Assembly: GCA_963701095.1 (NCBI GenBank)
Contig: OY969564.1
Span: 1,600,001 to 1,664,000, forward strand
Direction of reading: 5' to 3'
Length of the DNA stretch: 64,000 bases
Source: an uncultured Methanoregulaceae archaeon
Lineage (GTDB): Archaea > Halobacteriota > Methanomicrobia > Methanomicrobiales > Methanospirillaceae
The translations under genes and the position numbers were made by a program. The notes below the pieces were generated by a model, which was not told the DNA's origin, did no database searches, and saw nothing but the letters and a program-made list of their open reading frames with translations. Of the stretch, positions 20,538 through 31,538 are shown piece by piece. Numbering within the stretch: the stretch's first letter is position 1; every line of letters starts with the position of its first letter.

Positions 20538-21968
20538 TTAAGTAGTCTCTGCCTCAAACGATTCGAGGCGGGACTGGAACGTTCCATCCAAAAAATCAAT
20601 ATGCCGGGGGTTCGCAGTTTCGCCATCTATGGGCAATGGATAGCAGCCGGTAAGGCATCCTGTGCATAGATCACCGCGATCAAACCCGATTGCTTTTACA
20701 AGAGCATCCAATGAAATGTGGTGGAGTGATGTTGCCGTAATTGACCGGCGGACATCGTCTTCCACTTTATCACTTGCAATCAGCTCCTTTCTTGTCGGCA
20801 TATCTACCCCAAGATAACAGGGGGATTTAATCGCTGGAGATCCTATCCGCATATGAACCTCCCTGGCACCTGCATCCCTCATCATTTCGATAATTCGTTT
20901 TGAGGTTGTACCACGAACGATACTATCATCGACAAGGACAACCGATTTTCCCCGTAGATGAGCAGGGATGGGATTAAGTTTGATTCTGACTGCTCGTTCT
21001 CGTTCTTTTTGCGTGGGCATGATGAATGTCCGGCCCATGTAACGATTCTTCATGAGACTTTCGACGAATGGGATCCGGGATCCTTCAGCGTAACCGATTG
21101 CATACGCTGTACCGGAATCAGGCACTGAACAGACCGAATCCGCAGCAACTGGTGCCTCCTCATGAAGTTTCTGGCCGATGATCCGTCGTACATCATACAC
21201 AAGTACCCCATCGATGATCGCATCTGCCCGGGCAAAATAGATGTATTCGAAAATACAATGGGCGCGGCGACCGGCAACGGCTACTTGCGTACACCGGACC
21301 CCATCGTTATCCATCCGGATCAATTCGCCGGGCTTAACATCCCGCAGGAATCGTCCGCCAAGTGCATCAATTGCGACACTTTCTGAGGCCACGATATACC
21401 CGTTCTCGATCTTTCCAAGACAGAATGGCTTTATGCCGAGAGGATCGCGGAATGCGTAAATGACGCCATCGATCATAATAACGACCGAGTAAGAACCCTC
21501 CATCCGCTTCATGCAGAGGTGAACAGCATCTTCCACGCTGCCTGATACGCTGATCTCTCCGATTAAAATCTTCGCAATAATTTCTGTATCGGTAGTTGTA
21601 GTAAAAATCTGGCCTGCCTCTTCGTACTCCCGCCTGAGTTCGGAGGTGTTAACCAGATTCCCGTTGTGGGCAACCGAGATAAAATGATTCTGAAACTGGA
21701 AGTTGAGGGGCTGAATGTTTTCCGGAAGATTTGCACCTGTCGTTGGATAACGTACATGACCAATACCTGCTGTTCCTTTAAGATCTTTTAAAATAGCGGG
21801 GGAGAAAACGTCTGCAACAAGTCCCTGTCCTTTGAATTTACAGAGACTTGTCCCGTCAAACGTTGATATACCGGCGCTCTCTTGGCCACGATGCTGGAGA
21901 GCATACATGGCATAATAGAGCTGGATGGACACACCGCCAGCATCGACGATGCCAACGATACCACACAT
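20538..21968 (-). CDS. purF: Amidophosphoribosyltransferase
   Basis: N-terminal MCGIVG, LQHRGQESAG, GHVRY, HNGNL, LVDDSIVRGTT, Fe-S cysteines. Confidence 0.97.
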   Translation of the reverse strand: MCGIVGIVDAGGVSIQLYYAMYALQHRGQESAGISTFDGTSLCKFKGQGLVADVFSPAILKDLKGTAGIGHVRYPTTGANLPENIQPLNFQFQNHFISVAHNGNLVNTSELRREYEEAGQIFTTTTDTEIIAKILIGEISVSGSVEDAVHLCMKRMEGSYSVVIMIDGVIYAFRDPLGIKPFCLGKIENGYIVASESVAIDALGGRFLRDVKPGELIRMDNDGVRCTQVAVAGRRAHCIFEYIYFARADAIIDGVLVYDVRRIIGQKLHEEAPVAADSVCSVPDSGTAYAIGYAEGSRIPFVESLMKNRYMGRTFIMPTQKERERAVRIKLNPIPAHLRGKSVVLVDDSIVRGTTSKRIIEMMRDAGAREVHMRIGSPAIKSPCYLGVDMPTRKELIASDKVEDDVRRSITATSLHHISLDALVKAIGFDRGDLCTGCLTGCYPLPIDGETANPRHIDFLDGTFQSRLESFEAETT

Positions 21969-21977
21969 GGTACTACT

Positions 21978-22160
21978 CTAATGCGTCGGGATTTTTGGTC
22001 GCTTGGTGTGCCACTTGAAACTTTGCATCTTAGTACTTCTGCCGAACCCACAGGCAGAGCAGACTTTTTTCTGGGCATGGAACGAGATCTTACCACAGCG
22101 CCGGCAGGCGATATGGGTCATCTTGTTCATCTTTCCCATTGACGGAGTGCCTTTTGACAT
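21978..22160 (-). CDS. rpl37e: 50S ribosomal protein L37e
   Basis: [17 protein letters not shown]...CSACGFG. Confidence 0.96.
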   Translation of the reverse strand: MSKGTPSMGKMNKMTHIACRRCGKISFHAQKKVCSACGFGRSTKMQSFKWHTKRPKIPTH

Positions 22161-22171
22161 AGTATTTCACC

Positions 22172-22576
<405 letters not shown>

Positions 22577-22610
22577 TTAGTCGTTGCCCGAGAGATTGTA
22601 AAAATGAAGC

Positions 22611-23108
22611 ATGAAAAAAATTATCGTAAAAAAACGTCATTCTATCCGGAAAAGCCAGGCCCAGGATTTGCTGGACAAGCTCGCTCTCCAGATCGGCGCG
22701 TCAACGAAACTCTTCCATACCGAAACAATTGAAATCCTGGAAACAAATGCTGATGTCACCGTTTTCCTGGTGAACAAAAAACCACTTTTGATGGACACGG
22801 GTACATGGGTTTTTCCCACATTACGGGGAGCGGTCCAGTGCCCGTTTCCAGAACGTATGATCACCGTCGATGCCGGTGCAATCCCGTTTGTCGTGAACGG
22901 GGCAGACGTAATGCGGCCGGGAATCGTAGCAGTCAGTGATGATGTAATCGCGGGGGGGCCTGTTCAGATTGTCGATGAACGACACAAAAAGCCTCTCGCC
23001 ATCGGAGTTGCACTTATGGATGGGGCTAAAATCCGGATGAGCGCAGCCGGTAAAATGTGCAAGAATTTTCATCACGTCGGCGATGAGCTCTGGAATCTTG
23101 AACTTTAA
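22611..23108 (+). CDS. PUA-domain RNA-binding protein (MCT-1/Tma20-like)
   Basis: VFPTL, VDAGAIPFVVNGADVMRPGI, HHVGDELW. Confidence 0.92.
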   Translation: MKKIIVKKRHSIRKSQAQDLLDKLALQIGASTKLFHTETIEILETNADVTVFLVNKKPLLMDTGTWVFPTLRGAVQCPFPERMITVDAGAIPFVVNGADVMRPGIVAVSDDVIAGGPVQIVDERHKKPLAIGVALMDGAKIRMSAAGKMCKNFHHVGDELWNLEL

Positions 23109-23200
23109 TATTTCTGAAATGAAAAACAAAGATAGAAAAACAGGCCATTTCTGCCACACTCATCGATACTATTAAATAAGTTTCTTCGTACAGTTTTTTT

Positions 23201-23565
23201 ATGGTTAAGATCATAGACACACTTTTAGGAAAAAATTCTACCAGTTCCGATGATGAATACATGGATCTGGATCTTAGTTCCTACGAGGAACACGGCAAGG
23301 ATTCTCCGGCGCTTCTGGTAAAAATTGCAACAATCGCAGATCTCAAGGATACCCCCCGGTCAAAGATGAAGTTTACAACGGAAACATCGTAATCGTCGAT
23401 ATCTCACGCTTAAAGATGGACAAGATCTCCTACGAGCGGGTCTTAAAGGACTTAAAAGAAGTTGCAAAGGACGTTAATGGGGACATTATTGGTCTTGGCG
23501 ACCAGAGATATGTCGTTCTGACACCGATGTCTGTCAAGATCTCACGCGACAAGATCGGGGCATAA
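23201..23565 (+). CDS. sepF: Archaeal cell division protein SepF; frameshift near 23358
   Basis: Adding one G (CCC CGG GTC) gives VKDEVYNGNIVIVDIS...DVNGDIIGLG..YVVLTP..VKISR, stop at 23565. Confidence 0.88.
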
Positions 23566-23569
23566 AGCG

Positions 23570-24108
23570 GTGCGCACTGTCGTCCCAGGACCGTGTCCAT
23601 ACTGTAATACTGAGATAGAATATATCTACAAAACAGAAAATATACCCTTTTTCTCTGATATTCTTATCATCTCTGCGGTCTGCCCTTCCTGCGGATACCG
23701 ATACGTGGATACGCAACTTCTTAAAAATGCAGATCCGGTTCGGTATGAGATGCCAATAACGACACGCGACGATCTCGATGTGCGCGTGGTACGAAGCATG
23801 ACTGCAAGCCTTGAAATACCTGAGCTCGGGTCCGGATCGATCCTGGCCCTGCTTGTGAAGGGTTTGTGTCAAATGTTGAAGGAGTACTCAACAGAATCGC
23901 ACAAGCCATAAAAACTGCGATTAGAGATGGCGATGATGTTGAACAGGAAAACGGGCGGGTGCTTCTTGAAAAGATAGCAAGCATCTCTGCAGGTGAAACA
24001 CCGGCGACCCTCATCATCCAAGATCCGATGGGAAATAGCGCACTCGTATCAGATAACGCTAAAAAGACCGCTTTTATACCTGATGATCCGTATACCTGTG
24101 AGGGGTGA
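23570..24108 (+). CDS. ZPR1 zinc-finger protein; frameshift near 23830
   Basis: CPYC...IPFF...CPSCGY, VRVVRS, IPELG(V)RIDPGP..EGFVSNVEGVL, DPMGNS. Confidence 0.9.
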
Positions 24109-24179
24109 TATCACTTTATTTAGAGATCATGCGGCGCCTCCCATCAATCCCGCAATCTATAATAGCACAATGGCGTTAA

Positions 24180-24614
24180 TTATGAATGACGGTCTTTTTT
24201 TTCTGAAAGGAATGCTCCGACACTAAACCTATTGGGGTCATGAGTCTTTGTGACATTTGATCCTTCATAAGTCCTGTCAGCTTTTTGTAAAAGTGCCCTC
24301 AATGCTTTTTTCAATTTATCCGAGCGTTTTGCTGTCATTGATCGCAAAGATGATTTCAGAATTTTACCCTCACGTGCCTGGAGAGCATGTTCCTCGCAAA
24401 GAACAATAAGAATTTTCATGGGATCTTCATCGAGCCGTTGAGGATTATGAGACAGCATCCCAATCTGATGGATTTCAAGTGACTCCGGATCGTTTACTGT
24501 TTCGCAGTGCTCGCATTTGCCGACAAGTTCCTTAATCTGTTTCTTGGTTTTTGAAGAGAGGGCGATACGGCTTCGTGGAGGAGTGTTAAGACTTGACTTG
24601 AAATCAACGGTCAC
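24180..24614 (-). CDS. Hypothetical protein with an HNH-like zinc-binding signature
   Basis: KCEHC...LEIHQI...LIVLCEEH pattern. Confidence 0.6.
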   Translation of the reverse strand: MTVDFKSSLNTPPRSRIALSSKTKKQIKELVGKCEHCETVNDPESLEIHQIGMLSHNPQRLDEDPMKILIVLCEEHALQAREGKILKSSLRSMTAKRSDKLKKALRALLQKADRTYEGSNVTKTHDPNRFSVGAFLSEKKDRHS

Positions 24615-24680
24615 GCATATCAGCCCTCTTTAATCTGCTATTTTTAGTTTCCCTGCCATGGTTTAGGAACGGGACCGGAT

Positions 24681-25673
24681 TCAGGTAACCTGATAATCGC
24701 CGAGCCATGCCCCGGGTTTTTCTATAACTTCTCCAACAACCTGTGTGCCTTTCACTTTTTTAATCAAGATATCCACCGATTCCGGAGGAACCACATAGGA
24801 ATATCCCATCCCCATATTAAATGTGCGATACATTTCGTTCTCGGAGATTGCCCCCATTTCTTGTATCCACCGGAAGATCTCCGGTGGTGTGATGGGATTA
24901 TCGAACCGAAAACCAAACGAGCTCAGTCTCAGGAAATTCAATAATCCTCCTCCGGTGACATGGCACATGCCGTGTATCATGCACGTATCAGCGACCTGGA
25001 GACTTTCATGGTAGATCCGTGTAGGCGTGAGAAGTTCGCTACCAAGTGTTTTGCCGTTTCTAAGTTTTTCATCGTAATCAGCATATTTCTCCACGATCAT
25101 CCTTGCAAGTGAGAGTCCGTTACTATGGATGCCGGTTGAGGGGACACCCACGATCACGTCACCCGGCCGGATCTTCTCACCGGTTACTATCCGGTCTTTT
25201 TCCTGTACCCCGACGCAGGTTCCGGCAAGGTCCAGACCATTCACAAGACCCTTAAGCGACGCGGTTTCCCCTCCAACAATATCGATATTCGCAAGCCGAG
25301 CCCCTTCATTAAGACCGATGCCGATCTGGGCCATTTTTTCGGCCGACAATATATCAGTCGCAATATAATCAACAAATGCAATCGGTTCCATATGCATTAC
25401 GTAAAGATCGTTTACATTCATCGCTATGCAATCGATCCCTACCGTAGACCAGTCCTTCATCCTGTCAGCTACAAGCATCTTGGTTCCAACGCCGTCGGTT
25501 GTGAGGGCGAGGGCCGACGATCCAAAATCGATTAGGCCGGCAAAATGCCCGACATTACCGAGCATTGTGTGTTTACCTTTCCTTTTGAATGTAAGATTTT
25601 TAATAAGGGCCTTAATTGCAGCTGCCTCAAGATCAATATCCACGCCCGCGTCGCTATACGCGTTCCCGGTCAA
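24681..25673 (-). CDS. purM: Phosphoribosylformylglycinamidine cyclo-ligase (AIR synthetase)
   Basis: YSDAGVDID, TDGVGTK, AMNVND, GGETA, GIHSNG, RTFNMGMG. Confidence 0.96.
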   Translation of the reverse strand: MTGNAYSDAGVDIDLEAAAIKALIKNLTFKRKGKHTMLGNVGHFAGLIDFGSSALALTTDGVGTKMLVADRMKDWSTVGIDCIAMNVNDLYVMHMEPIAFVDYIATDILSAEKMAQIGIGLNEGARLANIDIVGGETASLKGLVNGLDLAGTCVGVQEKDRIVTGEKIRPGDVIVGVPSTGIHSNGLSLARMIVEKYADYDEKLRNGKTLGSELLTPTRIYHESLQVADTCMIHGMCHVTGGGLLNFLRLSSFGFRFDNPITPPEIFRWIQEMGAISENEMYRTFNMGMGYSYVVPPESVDILIKKVKGTQVVGEVIEKPGAWLGDYQVT

Positions 25674-27067
25674 TTACATTCCTCCGAAAGCTGGAATTCA
25701 TCATGTAGTATCCGTACAGATCGCGGACCGTCCTGCTGCCGGACCACAAACGAGATATTCGCCTCACTTGATCCCTGAGAGATTATCATGACATTTACAC
25801 CGGCTTTTCCAAGGGCAGTAAAGATCCGGCCTCCAGTTCCAGCGGCACCTGCCATACCAGCTCCTACTACAGCCACTGCACACACATCCCGGTTATGCGT
25901 TATTTCCCGTACGATTCCATCTGTTACAAGCGGTTTAAGAGCGTCAACAGCGGATTCAAGATGAGATTCGTCTACGATGAGGGAGATATTGGCTTCCGAT
26001 GACCCCTGTGAGATCATCATGATATTCACTTCCCGGTCAGCGAGCGCGGAAAAGATTGCCTTTGCAACGCCAGGCCTTCCAATCATTTGAGCGCCGTTGA
26101 TATTGATGGAAGCGACTTTCTCAATATAGGTTAGCGCTTTAACAATGCGGCTGTCGCGATGACCGTTTCTTACGATGAGGGTTCCAGGAGCGGTGGGATT
26201 GAAGGTGTTTTTCACCCGGACAAGGATATTTTTTCTCATGGCAGGGTCTATTGAACGTGGATGCATGACTTTTGCGCCGAAGTACGAAAGTTCCATAACT
26301 TCGATATATGACACGCTTTTTAGAACGCGGGCATCGTTAATAACCCGTGGATCGGATGTCATGATCCCATCTACATCTGTCCATATCCAGATCTCATCTG
26401 CATCGATCCCAGCACCAATTATGGATGCCGAATAATCCGAACCACTCCTCCCAAGAGTTGTTATTATCCCGTTCTCGGTACAACCCATGAAACCCATGAC
26501 AACCGGGATCTCCTTTTTTAAGAGAGATCCAATTTTCTTTTTGATTATCTCATCACTTCGGGAAAGAGCGGTTGCCTCGCCATGCTGGGCGGTAGTAAGG
26601 ATACCCGCTTCACATCCATCAAACACAATCGAAGGGATGCCGCGCTGGCGGAGAGCTGCACCCATGACCGGGGCAAGCAACCGCTCCCCGTACGAAATGA
26701 CGTAATCTTTCGACCGGGGAGTAAGTTCTCTGAGATTATAGATCGCAAAAAGAATATGCTGGAGGCTCGCGAGGCGTTTTTCAATAATCTCCTCAACTTC
26801 CCTGACGTAATCCGGTGCTGCCCCTTTAAGTGTAGCCATGTGTCGTTCACGGAGATGAGCGATGAGCGGCGGGACTTCAGAGCAGTCTTTTGCCACGGGC
26901 AGCTTTTCTGCAATAGCAATGAGCTGATCAGTCACACCCCTTTGAGCGGAGACGACGACCGCCACTTCATCTCCTGCTTTATGGTGTCCTTCAAGGATGT
27001 CCACTACACGCTTTATACATTGTGCATCAGCAACTGACGTCCCGCCAAATTTCATCAGAAATCTCAT
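25670..27067 (-). CDS. lysC: Aspartate kinase with two ACT domains
   Basis: KFGGTSV, VVVSA, TTLGRSGSDYSA, IWTDVDG, two ISQGSSE ACT repeats. Confidence 0.95.
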   Translation of the reverse strand: MRFLMKFGGTSVADAQCIKRVVDILEGHHKAGDEVAVVVSAQRGVTDQLIAIAEKLPVAKDCSEVPPLIAHLRERHMATLKGAAPDYVREVEEIIEKRLASLQHILFAIYNLRELTPRSKDYVISYGERLLAPVMGAALRQRGIPSIVFDGCEAGILTTAQHGEATALSRSDEIIKKKIGSLLKKEIPVVMGFMGCTENGIITTLGRSGSDYSASIIGAGIDADEIWIWTDVDGIMTSDPRVINDARVLKSVSYIEVMELSYFGAKVMHPRSIDPAMRKNILVRVKNTFNPTAPGTLIVRNGHRDSRIVKALTYIEKVASININGAQMIGRPGVAKAIFSALADREVNIMMISQGSSEANISLIVDESHLESAVDALKPLVTDGIVREITHNRDVCAVAVVGAGMAGAAGTGGRIFTALGKAGVNVMIISQGSSEANISFVVRQQDGPRSVRILHDEFQLSEECN

Positions 27068-27126
27068 TTCGTTTCACTCGGCTGTACCATTTATTTATGT
27101 AACTATACGACGCACAGAATTATAAT

Positions 27127-28753
27127 ATGCGTGCAGATGACGTGGTTGACTGCCACGTGCTAGTGATTGGTAGCGGCGGCGCAGGTGTACGTGCAGCAAT
27201 TGAGGCGGCCCGGTACGGGGACACCCTGCTCGTTTCAAAAACGATCGCCGGAAAGGGCGGTTGCACTACCATGGCAGAAGGAGGCTACAATGCGGTACTA
27301 CGCCAAGAAGATTCCTACGATATCCATTACGATGATACGCTAAGAGGAGGGGCATACCTCAATGACCCTGACTCGTAAAAATCCTCGTACAGGAAGCACC
27401 CCAACGCATTAACGATCTTATCCATTGGGGCGCAGTTTTTGATTTCACCAACGAATGCGAGATTGCCCAACGTCCATTTGGCGGCCAACGATTCCCCCGG
27501 ACTTGTTATGCAGGGGATCGTACCGGCCATGAGATGATGATGACCCTCATGGAACGTTTCGATACTTCTGGTGCCACAAAAATGGAGGAAATCGCAGTTA
27601 TTGACCTCCTTAAACAGGACGATAGTGTCATTGGCGCCGTTGCTCTTAACGAGAACGGGGAGATGGTCATAATAACCGCAGATAGCACCATCCTTGCCAC
27701 CGGAGGAGGTGCACGGGTTTACGATATTTCGACGAATTCTTCAAGTGGCACGGGTGACGGCTTTGCTATGGGATACCGCGCGGGAGCTGAGCTTATTGAT
27801 ATGGAAATGGTGCAGTTTCATCCAACCGGTGCGGTCTACCCATATGATGCACGTGGCAGGCTCATAACGGAAGCCGTGCGGGGTGAGGGAGGGATCTTGA
27901 AAAATATCCTCGGTGAACGTTTTATGGAAAAGTACGATCCCGTACGTAAGGAGCTCTCGACCGGGATGTTGTTTCTCGGGCGATTGCAACCGAGATCGCA
28001 AACGGCCGGGGGACACCACACGGGGGAGTGTTCCTCGATGTTACTCACCTCCCAAAAGAGCAAATCGAAACTCGTCTGCCAGTGATGCTCGAACAGTTCC
28101 TGACATTTGGTGTGGATATCCGAACAAATGCAATGGAGGTCGCCCCTACTGCCCATCATATAATGGGCGGCTTAAAGATCACATCAAAATGTGAAACTAC
28201 GGTTCCCGGCCTCTTTGCCTGCGGCGAAACAGCAGGTGGTGTTCAGGGGGCAAACAGGCTGGGAGGGAATGCCCTTGCCGAGACACAAGTATTCGGCAAA
28301 AGGGCCGGAGAGTTTGCCGGGCAGGAAAGAAACCGGGTAAAAAAAATCAATCCAGCACAAGCGTCCAACGTGCAGAAATGTATCGATACTTTCTTTTCCG
28401 GGTGCGAAAACCCTGCACGGGTTCGAAAGGAGCTCCAGTGCGCTATGTGGCAGGGAGCGGGTATTTTCCGCGATGAGACAGGGCTCAGGCGGGCACTTGC
28501 TACCTCAGAACGCCTGCTCCAAGCTCCACTAAAAGCAGTTGGCCCCTCAGGTCCTGCGGAATGCTTTACTATTCGGAATATGTGTCTTACTTCGGTTCTC
28601 ATCTGCCGTTCGGCCCTTATCCGTCCCGAATCCAGAGGTGCAGATATGCGAGTGGATCTATTGCAGGACTGGGAGGCTGAACACTCTCCTTTCGGACACA
28701 CGTACATCTCCAGGGAGAGGGAAGGCATTATCAGGCACGGGGCAACTTCATGA
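27127..28753 (+). CDS. tfrA: Thiol:fumarate reductase (CoM/CoB) flavoprotein subunit; frameshifts near 27371 and 27961
   Basis: VIGSGGAG, TTMAEGG, QRPFGG, QFHPTG, TEAVRGEGG, PTAHHIMGG, GANRLGGN, ESRG, spread over three frame segments. Confidence 0.9.
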
Positions 28754-30222
28754 AAGAGCTCAACGTGATGATCCAACGATTTAACCCGAAAACAGATCTG
28801 CAGCCTCACTTCGAATCATATACCGTGCAGGTAAATGAAGGGGCCAGGGTCCTTCATGTCCTTCATGCAATCCACGACGAGATAGATCCTACGCTGTCTT
28901 ACAGGTACTGCTGCGGATCCGGGCAGTGCGGAAGCTGTGCCCTCCGGGTAGATGGTGAACCTGTCCTCGCATGTATGGAGGAGGCGACTGACGGTATCAC
29001 CATTACCCCTTTGAATCTTCCCATTAAAATAGACCTGATGGTAGATCTCATCCCGAAAATTGAGGCTATTGCATCGCTTATTCCAGCGCCCGATAACATG
29101 TTTCACCTGCCAGCCAAAGCGCAAATTGATGAGATGAAACCGCTCCGGGACTGCATCGAATGCCTCGCATGTGTTTCAGTCTGCCCGGCAATGGAGGTAA
29201 CAAATTTCCTTGGGCCTACTGCGATGCGGCAGGAAATGAGGCTTGCACTTGATCCCCGGGACACCGGCACTCGTGTAACGGATGCAGTTCGGGACGGCCT
29301 GTATACCTGCACAAGCTGTCAGGCCTGCTTTCTATCCTGCCCGAAAAAGATTAAAATCCCGGCAAAAGCGATCGAAAAACTCAGGGCGCTTGCAAACATT
29401 CAAGGGTTCACTCTTCCCCGACATCTTGAAGTTGCCGCACTGATTGAAAAAACAGGCAGAAGTGTCCCTCGCACTGCTGAGTCGTTCCTTGAAAAGATGG
29501 ATGAGGTCATCGAACCACACGGACCGATAAAAGCAACGGTTGGTTTCTTCGTAGGTTGCATGTACAACCTGCGCCAGCAACAGTCAGCACTTGATGCAAT
29601 GGAAGTACTGCGCCGGAACGGTATTCGTGTAATCATCCCCAAGGAACAAGTCTGCTGCGGTTCACCTCTTATCCGTACAGGCCAGCTGGCTATTACCGAG
29701 ACGCTTAAACGACGAAATATTGATACGTTCCGATGCCGGGGGATAGACACAGTGATGACGATGTGTGCAGGGTGTGGCTCGACGCTTAAACACGATTACA
29801 TAACGCCCTTTAAGGTTATGGACATCAACGAGGTGCTCACCCAGTTCGGTATTGAACCCCCAGCGCGTCTTTCCGTAAAAGCGACCTATCATGATCCCTG
29901 TCACTTAATGCGGGGACAAGGCGTTAAGGAGGAGCCTCGCCAGATCATTCGCCAGGTAGTCGATCTTGTTGAGATGCCTGCCATTTGTTGTGGATCCGGA
30001 GGCGGGGTTAAGTCAGGTATGCCTGATGAGGCAGCAGCACTTGGCCGGCGAAGAGGGGAGGAAATAAAAAAGACCGGAGCTGATATCGTCATTACCTCAT
30101 GCCCTTTCTGTGAATACCATATTGCAAGCCACACTAAAAAACCAGTAAAAAACGTCATGACCGTTTTGCTTGAGGGGTACCAGGAAAAAGATCGGCAGGA
30201 AAAGAAAGCAGAATCTTCTTAG
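28750..30222 (+). CDS. tfrB: Thiol:fumarate reductase Fe-S / CCG-domain subunit
   Basis: 2Fe-2S motif CGSGQCGSC, two 4Fe-4S motifs, two CCG domains (HdrD-like). Confidence 0.93.
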   Translation: MKELNVMIQRFNPKTDLQPHFESYTVQVNEGARVLHVLHAIHDEIDPTLSYRYCCGSGQCGSCALRVDGEPVLACMEEATDGITITPLNLPIKIDLMVDLIPKIEAIASLIPAPDNMFHLPAKAQIDEMKPLRDCIECLACVSVCPAMEVTNFLGPTAMRQEMRLALDPRDTGTRVTDAVRDGLYTCTSCQACFLSCPKKIKIPAKAIEKLRALANIQGFTLPRHLEVAALIEKTGRSVPRTAESFLEKMDEVIEPHGPIKATVGFFVGCMYNLRQQQSALDAMEVLRRNGIRVIIPKEQVCCGSPLIRTGQLAITETLKRRNIDTFRCRGIDTVMTMCAGCGSTLKHDYITPFKVMDINEVLTQFGIEPPARLSVKATYHDPCHLMRGQGVKEEPRQIIRQVVDLVEMPAICCGSGGGVKSGMPDEAAALGRRRGEEIKKTGADIVITSCPFCEYHIASHTKKPVKNVMTVLLEGYQEKDRQEKKAESS

Positions 30223-30264
30223 CCTTTATCACCCTTTTGAATAATTGTCACCGAAAAAACAGAC

Positions 30265-31416
30265 TTAATCTTGTTTCAACAGGTATTCGTATGCTTCGAG
30301 AGCCGCTTTCGCCCCTTCACCGGCGGCAATTACGATCTGCTTACTTTTGATCGAAGTAACATCCCCCGCGGCAAAGACCCCGGCGCGGCTTGTACAGCAG
30401 TTTACATCCACGATGATCTCCTTATCGTTATTGAGGTCTACCAAGCCCTCGGTAATATCTGTATTTGGCAACCAACCGACCTCAATAAAAACGGCGTCAA
30501 CATCGATGCTCTGCTCACCTTTACTTTCGGTTGTCAATGTGATGCGCTCAAGAAAACGATCGCCGCTTAAATTGGAGATCTGCGAATGAAGATGTATGGT
30601 GATATTTTTAATCCCTTCGAGTTTCTTAATAAAAACCGGATCGGCTTTTATCGTGCTACGAACGATCAGGCTCACTGATGCTGCGATGCTGCTCATTTCA
30701 AGCGCTGTCTGGATACCGGAATTTCCACCACCGACGACTGCAACCCTTTTACCTTTGTAAAGCGGACCATCACACGTCGAACAGAGAGACAGTCCCCGTC
30801 CAATATATTTGTCCTCGTCCTGCACACCGAGTTTCCTAGGCTTCTTTCCCTGCGTTAGAATCAGGCTTTTTGCTTTCACTGCAATCCCGGAAGCGGTTGA
30901 TACTGTGAAAAGTTCCTGCTCTGGGGTTATTTTGCTAACACGGTCAATTTCAAGTCGTACATCGAAGATGCGCACCTGATCTTCGAATTTTTTCATAAGA
31001 TCTTCTCCGGTTATCATCCGGTAACCCATATAATTTTCGATTGCCCACGATTCTAGTGCCTGGCCACCGATATTTTCAGAAACAATAAGGGTCTTTAAAA
31101 ACTTGCGGGCGCAGTATACCCCTGCGGTAAGGCCAGCCGGTCCTGCACCTATGATTACAACGTCGTAAATTTCATCTGATAGATGAGAGCCGAATAATTC
31201 ATTGAGACGCTGAGAGTCGTAGCCAACAATAACCTCTTCGTCAACAGTTATAACTGGCACGCCACGCTGGCCGGAAAGCGCTATCATTTTTTGCGCTGCA
31301 GCAGCATCGACCCCAACATCAATCGATATATATTGGACGCCCTGTTTCTCAAGGAAAGCCTTTGCCATACGGCAGTATGGGCAGTTCTTGGTGGAATATA
31401 CAGTGACCGTGCTCAT
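30265..31416 (-). CDS. Glutaredoxin/NrdH-like domain fused to a thioredoxin-reductase-like flavoprotein
   Basis: N-terminal CPYC...GVPV; then GAGPAG, CSTCDG, VVGGGNSG, GVFAAGD. Confidence 0.9.
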   Translation of the reverse strand: MSTVTVYSTKNCPYCRMAKAFLEKQGVQYISIDVGVDAAAAQKMIALSGQRGVPVITVDEEVIVGYDSQRLNELFGSHLSDEIYDVVIIGAGPAGLTAGVYCARKFLKTLIVSENIGGQALESWAIENYMGYRMITGEDLMKKFEDQVRIFDVRLEIDRVSKITPEQELFTVSTASGIAVKAKSLILTQGKKPRKLGVQDEDKYIGRGLSLCSTCDGPLYKGKRVAVVGGGNSGIQTALEMSSIAASVSLIVRSTIKADPVFIKKLEGIKNITIHLHSQISNLSGDRFLERITLTTESKGEQSIDVDAVFIEVGWLPNTDITEGLVDLNNDKEIIVDVNCCTSRAGVFAAGDVTSIKSKQIVIAAGEGAKAALEAYEYLLKQD

Positions 31417-31538
31417 CAATGCGAAGAGGTCTGCGGAAAATATAAAGATTATGTACCTGACAGAAAACTGTGAAATTAAGCGCAAATTTCTTTTCCAGAA
31501 AACCCCTATCCCTTCATACAAAGAAACAGGATCCAACT

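Noticed and set aside
27127..28753. tfrA and the other split genes as pseudogenes or programmed frameshifts
   Set aside because: The breaks are single-base, lack slippery heptamers and share a CCGG or short-homopolymer context, and the proteins are otherwise undegraded. Sequencing error is the simpler explanation.
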